Positions 1 through 12,900 of a stretch of 64,000 nt of DNA are shown here, piece by piece. Position numbers and translations under genes: made by a program. This DNA is from Eledone cirrhosa. Taxonomy: Eukaryota. The stretch's first letter is position 1, and each line of letters starts with the position of its first letter. Location: contig OZ024740.1 in assembly GCA_964016885.1 (NCBI GenBank), forward strand, positions 41,230,001 through 41,294,000, given 5' to 3'. Below the pieces are notes generated by a model, which saw only the letters and a program-made list of their open reading frames with translations, was not told the origin of the DNA and ran no database searches.

Positions 1-1249
1 TTTATTTTTAATTGTTTTATGTATTTAAATAAAGTGTACGTGAAGATAAATTTATTTTTATTTGTTTTATGTATTAAAATAAAGTGCACGTGAAGATAAA
101 TTTATTTTTATTTGTTTTATGTATTAAAATAAAGTGTACGTGAAGATAAATTTATTTTTATTTGTTTTATGTATTAAAATAAAGTGTACGTGAAGATAAA
201 TTTATTTTTAATTGTTTTATATAATTAAATAAAGTGTACGTTAAGATAAATTTATTTTTATTTGTTTTATGTATTAAAATAAAGTGTACGTGAAGATAAA
301 TTTATTTTTATTTGTTTTATGTATTAAAATAAAGTGTACGTGAAGATAAATTTATTTTTATTTGTTTTATGTATTAAAATAAAGTGTACGTGAAGATAAA
401 TTTATTTTTATTTGTTTTATATATTAAAATAAAGTGTACGTGAAGATAAATTTATTTTTATTTGTTTTATGTATTAAAATAAAGTGTACGTGAAGATAAA
501 TTTACTTTTATTTGTTTTATGTATTAAAATAAAGTGTACGTGAAGATAAATTTACTTTTATTTGTTTTATGTATTAAAATAAAGTGTACGTGAAGATAAA
601 TTTACTTTTATTTGTTTTATGTATTAAAATAAAGTGTACGTGAAGATAAATTTATTTTTATTTGTTTTATGTATTAAAATAAATTGTACGTGAAGATAAA
701 TTTATTTTTATTTGTTTTATGTATTTAAATAAAGTGTACGCGAAGATAAATATTTTTCTATTTGTTTTATGTATTAAAATAAAGTGTACGTGAAAATAAA
801 TTTATTTTTATTTGTTTTATGTATCTAAATAAAGTGTACGTGAAGATAAATTTATTTTTATTTGTTTTATGTATTAAAATAAAGTGTACGTGAAGATAAA
901 TTTATTTTTATTTGTTTTATCTATTTAAATAAAGTGTACGTGAAGATAAATTTATTTTTATTTGTTTTATGTATTAAAATAAAGTGTACGTGAAGATAAA
1001 TTTATTTTTATTTGTTTTATGTATTAAAATAAAGTGTACGTGAAGATAAATTTATTTTTATTTGTTTTATGTATAAAAATAAAGTGTACGTGAAGATAAA
1101 TTTATTTTTAATTGTTTTATGTATTTAAATAAAGTGTACGTGAAGATAAATTTATTTTTATTTGTTTTATGTATTAAAATAAAGTGTACGTGAAGATAAA
1201 TTTATTTTTATTTGTTTTATGTATTAAAATAAAGTGTACGTGAAGATAG

Positions 1250-3200
1250 ATTTATTTTTAATTGTTTTATGTATTTAAATAAAGTGTACGTGAAGATAAA
1301 TTTACTTTTATTTGTTTTATGTATTAAAATAAAGTGTACGTGAAGATAAATTTATTTTTATTTGTTTTATGTATTAAAATAAAGTGTACGTGAAGATACA
1401 TTTATTTTTATTTGTTTTATGTATTAAAATAAAGTGTACGTGAAGATAAATTTATTTTTATTTGTCTTATGTATTAAAATAATGTGTACGTGAAGATAAA
1501 TTTACTTTTATTTGTTTTATGTATTAAAATAAAGTGTACGTGAAGATAAATTTATTTTTATTTGTTTTATGTATTAAAATAAAGTGTACGTGAAGATAAA
1601 TTTACTTTTATTTGTTTTATGTATTAAAATAAAGTGTACGTGAAGATAAATTTATTTTTATTTGTTTTATGTATTAAAATAAAGTGTACGTGAAGATAAA
1701 TTTATTTTTAATTGTTTTATGTAATTAAATAAAGTGTACGTGAAGATAAATTTATTTTTATTTGTTTTATGTATTAAAATAAAGTGTACGTGAAGATAAA
1801 TTTATTTTTATTTGTTTTATATATTAAAATAAAGTGTACGTGAAGATAAATTTATTTTTATTTGTTTTATGTATTAAAATAAAGTGTACGTGAAGATAAA
1901 TTTATTTTTAATTTAATTGTTTTATGTATTTAAATAAAGTGTACGTGAAGATAAATTTACTTTTATTTGTTTTATGTATTAAAATAAAGTGTACGTGAAG
2001 ATAAATTTATTTTTATTTGTTTTATGTATTAAAATAAAGTGTACGTGAAGATACATTTATTTTTATTTGTTTTATGTATTAAAATAAAGTGTACGTGAAG
2101 ATAAATTTATTTTTATTTGTCTTATGTATTAAAATAATGTGTACGTGAAGATAAATTTACTTTTATTTGTTTTATGTATTAAAATAAAGTGTACGTGAAG
2201 ATAAATTTATTTTTATTTGTTTTATGTATTAAAATAAAGTGTACGTGAAGATAAATTTACTTTTCTTTGTTTTATGTATTAAAATAAAGTGTACGTGAAG
2301 ATAAATTTATTTTTATTTGTTTTATGTATTAAAATAAAGTGTACGTGAAGATAAATTTATTTTTAATTGTTTTATATAATTAAATAAAGTGTACGTTAAG
2401 ATAAATTTATTTTTATTTGTTTTATGTATTAAAATAAAGTGTACGTGAAGATAAATTTATTTTTATTTGTTTTATGTATTAAAATAAAGTGTACGTGAAG
2501 ATAAATTTATTTTTATTTGTTTTATGTATTAAAATAAAGTGTACGTGAAGATAAATTTATTTTTAATTGTTTTATGTATTTAAATAAAGTGTACGTGAAG
2601 ATAAATTTACTTTTATTTGTTTTATGTATTAAAATAAAGTGTACGTGAAGATAAATTTATTTTTATTTGTTTTATGTATTAAAATAAAGTGTACGTGAAG
2701 ATACATTTATTTTTATTTGTTTTATGTATTAAAATAAAGTGTACGTGAAGATAAATTTATTTTTATTTGTCTTATGTATTAAAATAATGTGTACGTGAAG
2801 ATAAATTTACTTTTATTTGTTTTATGTATTAAAATAAAGTGTACGTGAAGATAAATTTATTTTTATTTGTTTTATGTATTAAAATAAAGTGTACGTGAAG
2901 ATAAATTTACTTTTATTTGTTTTATGTATTAAAATAAAGTGTACGTGAAGATAAATTTATTTTTATTTGTTTTATGTATTAAAATAAAGTGTACGTGAAG
3001 ATAAATTTATTTTTAATTGTTTTATGTAATTAAATAAAGTGTACGTGAAGATAAATTTATTTTTATTTGTTTTATGTATTAAAATAAAGTGTACGTGAAG
3101 ATAAATTTATTTTTATTTGTTTTATGTATTAAAATAAAGTGTACGTGAAGATAAATTTATTTTTATTTGTTTTATGTATTAAAATAAAGTGTACGTGAAG
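1250..3200. repeat. 13-monomer (650-bp) higher-order repeat, about 3 copies
   Basis: Variant A49C (gataca) at 1399, 2054 and 2704, and T16C+A33T at 1466, 2121 and 2771. Spacing is 655 (includes the 5-bp duplication at 1909-1918) then 650. Confidence 0.85.
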
Positions 3201-6200
3201 ATAAATTTACTTTTATTTGTTTTATGTATTAAAATAAAGTGTATGTGAAGATAAATTTACTTTTATTTGTTTTATGTATTAAAATAAAGTGAACGTGAAG
3301 ATAAATTTATTTTTATTTGTTTTATGTATTAAAATAAAGTGTACGTGAAGATAAATTTATTTTTATTTGTTTCATGTATTAAAATAAAGTGTACGTGAAG
3401 ATAAATTTATTTTTATTTGTTTTATGTATTAAAATAAAGTGTACGTGAAGATAAATTTATTTTTATTTGTTTTATGTATTAAAATAAAGTGTACGTGAAG
3501 ATAAATTTATTTTTATTTGTTTCATGTATTAAAATAAAGTGTACGTGAAGATAAATTTATTTTTATTTGTTTTATGTATTAAAATAAAGTGTACGTGAAG
3601 ATAAATTTATTTTTATTTGTTTTATGTATTAAAATAAAGTGTACGTGAAGATAAATTTATTTTTATTTGTTTTATGTATTAAAATAAAGTGTACGTGAAG
3701 ATAAATTTATTTTTATTTGTTTTATGTATTAAAATAAAGTGTACGTGAAGATAAATTTATTTTTATTTGTTTTATGTATTAAAATAAAGTGTACGTGAAG
3801 ATAAATTTACTTTTATTTGTTTTATGTATTAAAATAAAGTGTACGTGAAGATAAATTTATTTTTATTTGTTTTATGTATTAAAATAAAGTGTACGTGAAG
3901 ATAAATTTATTTTTATTTGTTTTATGTATTAAAATAAAGTGTACGTGAAGATAAATTTATTTTTATTTGTTTTATGTATTAAAATAAAGTGTACGTGAAG
4001 ATACATTTATTTTTATTTGTTTTATGTATTAAAATAAAGTGTACGTGAAGATAAATTTATTTTTAATTGTTTTATGTATTTAAATAAAGTGTACGTGAAG
4101 ATAAATTTACTTTTATTTGTTTTATGTATTAAAATAAAGTGTACGTGAAGATAAATCTATTTTTATTTGTTTTATGTATTAAAATAAAGTGTACGTGAAG
4201 ATACATTTATTTTTATTTGTTTTATGTATTAAAATAAAGTGTACGTGAAGATAAATTTATTTTTATTTGTCTTATGTATTAAAATAATGTGTACGTGAAG
4301 ATAAATTTACTTTTATTTGTTTTATGTATTAAAATAAAGTGTACGTGAAGATAAATTTATTTTTATTTGTTTTATGTATTAAAATAAAGTGTACGTAAAG
4401 ATAAATTTACTTTTATTTGTTTTATGTATTAAAATAAAGTGTACGTGAAGATAAATTTATTTTTATTTGTTTTATGTATTAAAATAAAGTGTACGTGAAG
4501 ATAAATTTATTTTTAATTGTTTTATGTAATTAAATAAAGTGTACGTGAAGATAAATTTATTTTTATTTGTTTTATGTATTAAAATAAAGTGTACGTGAAG
4601 ATAAATTTATTTTTATTTGTTTTATGTATTAAAATAAAGTGTACGTGAAGATAAATTTATTTTTATTTGTTTTATGTATTAAAATAAAGTGTACGTGAAG
4701 ATAAATTTACTTTTATTTGTTTTATGTATTAAAATAAAGTGTATGTGAAGATAAATTTACTTTTATTTGTTTTATGTATTAAAATAAAGTGAACGTAAAG
4801 ATAAATTTATTTTTATTTGTTTTATGTATTAAAATAAAGTGTACGTGAAGATAAATTTATTTTTATTTGTTTCATGTATTAAAATAAAGTGTACGTGAAG
4901 ATAAATTTATTTTTATTTGTTTTATGTATTAAAATAAAGTGTACGTGAAGATAAATTTATTTTTATTTGTTTTATGTATTAAAATAAAGTGTACGTGAAG
5001 ATAAATTTATTTTTATTTGTTTCATGTATTAAAATAAAGTGTACGTGAAGATAAATTTATTTTTATTTGTTTTATGTATTAAAATAAAGTGTACGTGAAG
5101 ATAAATTTATTTTTATTTGTTTTATGTATTAAAATAAAGTGTACGTGAAGATAAATTTATTTTTATTTGTTTTATGTATTAAAATAAAGTGTACGTGAAG
5201 ATAAATTTATTTTTATTTGTTTCATGTATTAAAATAAAGTGTACGTGAAGATAAATTTATTTTTATTTGTTTTATGTATTAAAATAAAGTGTACGTGAAG
5301 ATAAATTTATTTTTATTTGTTTTATGTATTAAAATAAAGTGTACTTGAAGATAAATTTATTTTTATTTGTTTTATGTATTAAAATAAAGTGTACGTGAAG
5401 ATAAATTTATTTTTATTTGTTTTATGTATTAAAATAAAGTGTACGTGAAGATAAATTATTTTTTATTTGTTTCATGTATTAAAATAAAGTGTACGTGAAG
5501 ATAAATTTATTTTTATTTGTTTTATGTATTAAAATAAAGTGTACGTGAAGATAAATTTATTTTTATTTGTTTTATGTATTAAAATAAAGTGTACTTGAAG
5601 ATAAATTTATTTTTATTTGTTTTATGTATTAAAATAAAGTGTACGTGAAGATAAATTTATTTTTATTTGTTTTATGTATTAAAATAAAGTGTACGTGAAG
5701 ATAAATTTATTTTTATTTGTTTTATGTATTAAAATAAAGTGTACGTGAAGATAAATTTATTTTTATTTGTTTTATGTATTAAAATAAAGTGTACGTGAAG
5801 ATAAATTTATTTTTAATTGTTTTATGTATTTAAATAAAGTGTACGTGAAGATAAATTTATTTTTATTTGTTTTATGTATTAAAATAAAGTGCACGTGAAG
5901 ATAAATTTATTTTTATTTGTTTTATGTATTAAAATAAAGTGTACGTGAAGATAAATTTATTTTTATTTGTTTTATGTATTAAAATAAAGTGTACGTGAAG
6001 ATAAATTTATCTTTATTTGTTTTATGTATTAAAATAAAGTGTACGTGAAGATAAATTTATTTTTATTTGTTTTATGTATTAAAATAAAGTGTACGTGAAG
6101 ATAAATTTATTTTTATTTGTTTTATGTATTAAAATAAAGTGTACGTGAAGATAAATTTATTTTTATTTGTTTTATGTATTAAAATAAAGTGTACGTGAAG

Positions 6201-6900
6201 ATAAATTTACTTTTATTTGTTTTATGTATTAAAATAAAGTGTATGTGAAGATAAATTTACTTTTATTTGTTTTATGTATTAAAATAAAGTGAACGTGAAG
6301 ATAAATTTATTTTTATTTGTTTTATGTATTAAAATAAAGTGTACGTGAAGATAAATTTATTTTTATTTGTTTCATGTATTAAAATAAAGTGTACGTGAAG
6401 ATAAATTTATTTTTATTTGTTTTATGTATTAAAATAAAGTGTACGTGAAGATAAATTTATTTTTATTTGTTTTATGTATTAAAATAAAGTGTACGTGAAG
6501 ATAAATTTATTTTTATTTGTTTCATGTATTAAAATAAAGTGTACGTGAAGATAAATTTATTTTTATTTGTTTTATGTATTAAAATAAAGTGTACGTGAAG
6601 ATAAATTTATTTTTATTTGTTTTATGTATTAAAATAAAGTGTACGTGAAGATAAATTTATTTTTATTTGTTTTATGTATTAAAATAAAGTGTACGTGAAG
6701 ATAAATTTATTTTTATTTGTTTTATGTATTAAAATAAAGTGTACGTGAAGATAAATTTATTTTTATTTGTTTTATGTATTAAAATAAAGTGTACGTGAAG
6801 ATAAATTTACTTTTATTTGTTTTATGTATTAAAATAAAGTGTACGTGAAGATAAATTTATTTTTATTTGTTTTATGTATTAAAATAAAGTGTACGTGAAG
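2550..6900. repeat. 30-monomer (1,500-bp) periodic block, 2 copies plus a partial third
   Basis: gtatgtg at 3244/4744/6244, gaacgt at 3292/4792/6292, ttcatg at 3373/4873/6373 and 3523/5023/6523, gataca at 2704/4204. The second copy has a few private changes near 4157, 4397 and 4797. Confidence 0.8.
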
Positions 6901-9900
6901 ATAAATTTATTTTTATTTGTTTTATGTATTAAAATAAAGTGTACGTGAAGATAAATTTATTTTTATTTGTTTTATGTATTTAAATAAAGTGTACGTGAAG
7001 ATAAATTTATTTTTATTTGTTTTATGTATTAAAATAAAGTGTACGTGAAGATAAATTTATTTTTATTTGTTTTATGTATCTAAATAAAGTGTACGTGAAG
7101 ATAAATTTATTTTTATATGTTTTATGTATTAAAACAAAGTGTACGTGAAGATAAATTTATTTTTATTTGTTTTATGTATTTAAATAAAGTGTACGTGAAG
7201 ATAAATTTATTTTTATTTGTTTTATGTATTAAAATAAAGTGTACGTGAAGATAAATTTATTTTTATTTGTTTTATGTATTAAAATAAAGTGTACGTGAAG
7301 ATAAATTTATTTTTATTTGTTTTATGTATTAAAATAAAGTGTACGTGAAGATAAATTTATTTTTATTTGTTTTATGTATTAAAATAAAGTGTACGTGAAG
7401 ATAAATTTATTTTTAATTGTTTTATGTATTTAAATAAAGTATACGTGAAGATAAATTTATTTTTATTTGTTTTATGTATTAAAATAAAGTGTACGTGAAG
7501 ATAAATTTATTTTTATTTGTTTCATGTATTAAAATAAAGTGTACGTGAAGATAAATTTATTTTTATTTGTTTTATGTATTAAAATAAAGTGTACGTGAAG
7601 ATAAATTTATCTTTATTTGTTTTATGTATTAAAATAAAGTGTACGTGAAGATAAATTTATTTTTATTTGTTTTATGTATTAAAATAAAGTGTACTTGAAG
7701 ATAAATTTATTTTTATTTGTTTTATGTATTAAAATAAAGTGTACGTGAAGATAAATTTATTTTTATTTGTTTTATGTATTAAAATAAAGTGTACGTGAAG
7801 ATAAATTTATTTTTATTTGTTTTATGTATTAAAATAAAGTGTACGTGAAGATAAATTTATTTTTATTTGTTTTATGTATTAAAATGAAGTGTACGTGAAG
7901 ATAAATTTATTTTTATTTGTTTTATGTATTAAAATAAAGTGTACATGAAAATAAATTTATTTTTATTTGTTTTATGTATCTAAATAAAGTGTACGTGAAG
8001 ATAAATTTATTTTTATTTGTTTTATGTATTAAAATAAAGTGTACGTGAAGATAAATTTATTTTTATTTGTTTTATGTATTTAAATAAAGTGTACGTGAAG
8101 ATAAATTTATTTTTATTTGTTTTATGTATTAAAATAAAGTGTACGTGAAGATAAATTTATTTTTATTTGTTTTATGTATTAAAATAAAGTGTACGTGAAG
8201 ATAAATTTATTTCTATTTGTTTTATGTATTAAAATAAAGTGTACGTGAAGATAAATTTATTTTTATTTGTTTTATGTATTAAAATAAAGTGTACGTGAAG
8301 ATAAATTTATTTTTATATGTTTTATGTATTAAAATAAAGTGTACGTGAAGATAAATTTATTTTTATTTGTTTTATGTATTTAAATAAAGTGTACGTGAAG
8401 ATAAATTTATTTTTATTTGTTTTATGTATTAAAATAAAGTGTACGTGAAGATAAATTTATTTTTATTTGTTTTATGTATTAAAATAAAGTGTACGTGAAG
8501 ATAAATTTATTTTTATTTGTTTTATGTATTAAAATAAAGTGTACGTGAAGATAAATTTATTTTTAATTGTTTTATGTATTTAAATAAAGTATACGTGAAG
8601 ATAAATTTATTTTTATTTGTTTTATGTATTAAAATAAAGTGTACGTGAAGATAAATTTATTTTTATTTGTTTCATGTATTAAAATAAAGTGTACGTGAAG
8701 ATAAATTTATTTTTATTTGTTTTATGTATTAAAATAAAGTGTACGTGAAGATAAATTTATCTTTATTTGTTTTATGTATTAAAATAAAGTGTACGTGAAG
8801 ATAAATTTATTTTTATTTGTTTTATGTATTAAAATAAAGTGTACGTGAAGATAAATTTATTTTTATTTGTTTTATGTATTAAAATAAAGTGTACGTGAAG
8901 ATAAATTTACTTTTATTTGTTTTATGTATTAAAATAAAGTGTATGTGAAGATAAATTTACTTTTATTTGTTTTATGTATTAAAATAAAGTGAACGTGAAG
9001 ATAAATTCATTTTTATTTGTTTTATGTATTAAAATAAAGTGTACGTGAAGATAAATTTATTTTTATTTGTTTCATGTATTAAAATAAAGTGTACGTGAAG
9101 ATAAATTTATTTTTATTTGTTTTATGTATTAAAATAAAGTGTACGTGAAGATAAATTTATTTTTATTTGTTTTATGTATTAAAATAAAGTGTACGTGAAG
9201 ATAAATTTATTTTTATTTGTTTCATGTATTAAAATAAAGTGTACGTGAAGATAAATTTATTTTTATTTGTTTTATGTATTAAAATAAAGTGTACGTGAAG
9301 ATAAATTTATCTTTATTTGTTTTATGTATTAAAATAAAGTGTACGTGAAGATAAATTTATCTTTATTTGTTTTATGTATTAAAATAAAGTGTACGTGAAG
9401 ATAAATTTATTTTTATTTGTTTTATGTATTAAAATAAAGTGTACGTGAAGATAAATTTATTTTTATTTGTTTTATGTATTAAAATAAAGTGTACGTGAAG
9501 ATAAATTTACTTTTATTTGTTTTATGTATTAAAATAAAGTGTATGTGAAGATAAATTTACTTTTATTTGTTTTATGTATTAAAATAAAGTGAACGTGAAG
9601 ATAAATTTATTTTTATTTGTTTTATGTATTAAAATAAAGTGTACGTGAAGATAAATTTATTTTTATTTGTTTCATGTTTTAAAATAAAGTGTACGTGAAG
9701 ATAAATTTATTTTTATTTGTTTTATGTATTAAAATAAAGTGTACGTGAAGATAAATTTATTTTTATTTGTTTTATGTATTAAAATAAAGTGTACGTGAAG
9801 ATAAATTTATTTTTATTTGTTTCATGTATTAAAATAAAGTGTACGTGAAGATAAATTTATTTTTATTTGTTTTATGTATTAAAATAAAGTGTACGTGAAG

Positions 9901-12900
9901 ATAAATTTATTTTTATTTGTTTTATGTATTAAAATAAAGTGTACTTGAAGATAAATTTATTTTTATTTGTTTTATGTATTAAAATAAAGTGTACGTGAAG
10001 ATAAATTTATTTTTATTTGTTTTATGTATTAAAATAAAGTGTACGTGAAGATAAATTTATTTTTATTTGTTTCATGTATTAAAATAAAGTGTACATGAAA
10101 ATAAATTTATTTTTATTTGTTTTATGTATCTAAATAAAGTGTACGTGAAGATAAATTTATTTTTATTTGTTTTATGTATTAAAATAAAGTGTACGTGAAG
10201 ATAAATTTATTTTTATTTGTTTTATGTATTTAAATAAAGTGTACGTGAAGATAAATTTATTTTTATTTGTTTTATGTATTAAAATAAAGTGTACGTGAAG
10301 ATAAATTTATTTTTATTTGTTTTATGTATTAAAATAAAGTGTACGTGAAGATAAATTTATTTCTATTTGTTTTATGTATTAAAATAAAGTGTACGTGAAG
10401 ATAAATTTATTTTTATTTGTTTTATGTATTAAAATAAAGTGTACGTGAAGATAAATTTATTTTTATATGTTTTATGTATTAAAATAAAGTGTACGTGAAG
10501 ATAAATTTATTTTTATTTGTTTTATGTATTTAAATAAAGTGTACGTGAAGATAAATTTATTTTTATTTGTTTTATGTATTAAAATAAAGTGTACGTGAAG
10601 ATAAATTTATTTTTATTTGTTTTATGTATTAAAATAAAGTGTACGTGAAGATAAATTTATTTTTATTTGTTTTATGTATTAAAATAAAGTGTACGTGAAG
10701 ATAAATTTATTTTTAATTGTTTTATGTATTTAAATAAAGTATACGTGAAGATAAATTTATTTTTATTTGTTTTATGTATTAAAATAAAGTGTACGTGAAG
10801 ATAAATTTATTTTTATTTGTTTCATGTATTAAAATAAAGTGTACGTGAAGATAAATTTATTTTTATTTGTTTTATGTATTAAAATAAAGTGTACGTGAAG
10901 ATAAATTTATCTTTATTTGTTTTATGTATTAAAATAAAGTGTACGTGAAGATAAATTTATTTTTATTTGTTTTATGTATTAAAATAAAGTGTACGTGAAG
11001 ATAAATTTATTTTTATTTGTTTTATGTATTAAAATAAAGTGTACGTGAAGATAAATTTACTTTTATTTGTTTTATGTATTAAAATAAAGTGTATGTGAAG
11101 ATAAATTTACTTTTATTTGTTTTATGTATTAAAATAAAGTGAACGTGAAGATAAATTCATTTTTATTTGTTTTATGTATTAAAATAAAGTGTACGTGAAG
11201 ATAAATTTATTTTTATTTGTTTCATGTATTAAAATAAAGTGTACGTGAAGATAAATTTATTTTTATTTGTTTTATGTATTAAAATAAAGTGTACGTGAAG
11301 ATAAATTTATTTTTATTTGTTTTATGTATTAAAATAAAGTGTACGTGAAGATAAATTTATTTTTATTTGTTTCATGTATTAAAATAAAGTGTACGTGAAG
11401 ATAAATTTATTTTTATTTGTTTTATGTATTAAAATAAAGTGTACGTGAAGATAAATTTATCTTTATTTGTTTTATGTATTAAAATAAAGTGTACGTGAAG
11501 ATAAATTTATCTTTATTTGTTTTATGTATTAAAATAAAGTGTACGTGAAGATAAATTTATTTTTATTTGTTTTATGTATTAAAATAAAGTGTACGTGAAG
11601 ATAAATTTATTTTTATTTGTTTTATGTATTAAAATAAAGTGTACGTGAAGATAAATTTATTTTTAATTGTTTTATGTATTTAAATAAAGTGTACGTGAAG
11701 ATAAATTTATTTTTATTTGTTTTATGTATTAAAATAAAGTGCACGTGAAGATAAATTTATTTTTATTTGTTTTATGTATTAAAATAAAGTGTACGTGAAG
11801 ATAAATTTATTTTTATTTGTTTTATGTATTAAAATAAAGTGTACGTGAAGATAAATTTATCTTTATTTGTTTTATGTATTAAAATAAAGTGTACGTGAAG
11901 ATAAATTTATTTTTATTTGTTTTATGTATTAAAATAAAGTGTACGTGAAGATAAATTTATTTTTATTTGTTTTATGTATTAAAATAAAGTGTACGTGAAG
12001 ATAAATTTATTTTTATTTGTTTTATGTATTAAAATAAAGTGTACGTGAAGATAAATTTACTTTTATTTGTTTTATGTATTAAAATAAAGTGTATGTGAAG
12101 ATAAATTTACTTTTATTTGTTTTATGTATTAAAATAAAGTGAACGTGAAGATAAATTTATTTTTATTTGTTTTATGTATTAAAATAAAGTGTACGTGAAG
12201 ATAAATTTATTTTTATTTGTTTCATGTATTAAAATAAAGTGTACGTGAAGATAAATTTATTTTTATTTGTTTTATGTATTAAAATAAAGTGTACGTGAAG
12301 ATAAATTTATTTTTATTTGTTTTATGTATTAAAATAAAGTGTACGTGAAGATAAATTTATTTTTATTTGTTTCATGTATTAAAATAAAGTGTACGTGAAG
12401 ATAAATTTATTTTTATTTGTTTTATGTATTAAAATAAAGTGTACGTGAAGATAAATTTATTTTTATTTGTTTTATGTATTAAAATAAAGTGTACGTGAAG
12501 ATAAATTTATTTTTATTTGTTTTATGTATTAAAATAAAGTGTACGTGAAGATAAATTTATTTTTATTTGTTTTATGTATTAAAATAAAGTGTACGTGAAG
12601 ATAAATTTATTTTTATTTGTTTTATGTATTAAAATAAAGTGTACGTGAAGATAAATTTACTTTTATTTGTTTTATGTATTAAAATAAAGTGTACGTGAAG
12701 ATAAATTTATTTTTATTTGTTTTATGTATTAAAATAAAGTGTACGTGAAGATAAATTTATTTTTATTTGTTTTATGTATTAAAATAAAGTGTACGTGAAG
12801 ATAAATTTATTTTTATTTGTTTTATGTATTTAAATAAAGTGTACGTGAAGATAAATTTATTTTTATTTGTTTTATGTATTAAAATAAAGTGTACGTGAAG

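Noticed and set aside
134-145. Similarity of GTGTACG to Candida/Kluyveromyces telomeric repeats (GGTGTACGGA), plus G-strand skew, suggesting a telomerase product
   Set aside because: The match is only 7 bp. The 50-bp unit is longer than known telomerase templates. Rare variants are inherited in multi-kb blocks, which indicates DNA-templated duplication. A recombination-maintained terminal satellite cannot be excluded without positional data.
101-150. Regulatory motifs in the monomer: AATAAA on both strands, TACGTG (HRE/ACGT core, near yeast CDEI), 10/11 match to the yeast ARS consensus (TTTTATGTATT), poxvirus-like TTTTTNT and TAAAT
   Set aside because: Short motifs like these are expected by chance in 84% AT sequence, and there is no gene or organismal context to support function.
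1461-1490. Co-occurring substitutions (T16C with A33T; T11A with A26T) as compensatory changes in an RNA or DNA structure
   Set aside because: The positions do not pair in either dyad identified. A26T and A33T also occur alone. Linkage is explained by common descent through block duplication.
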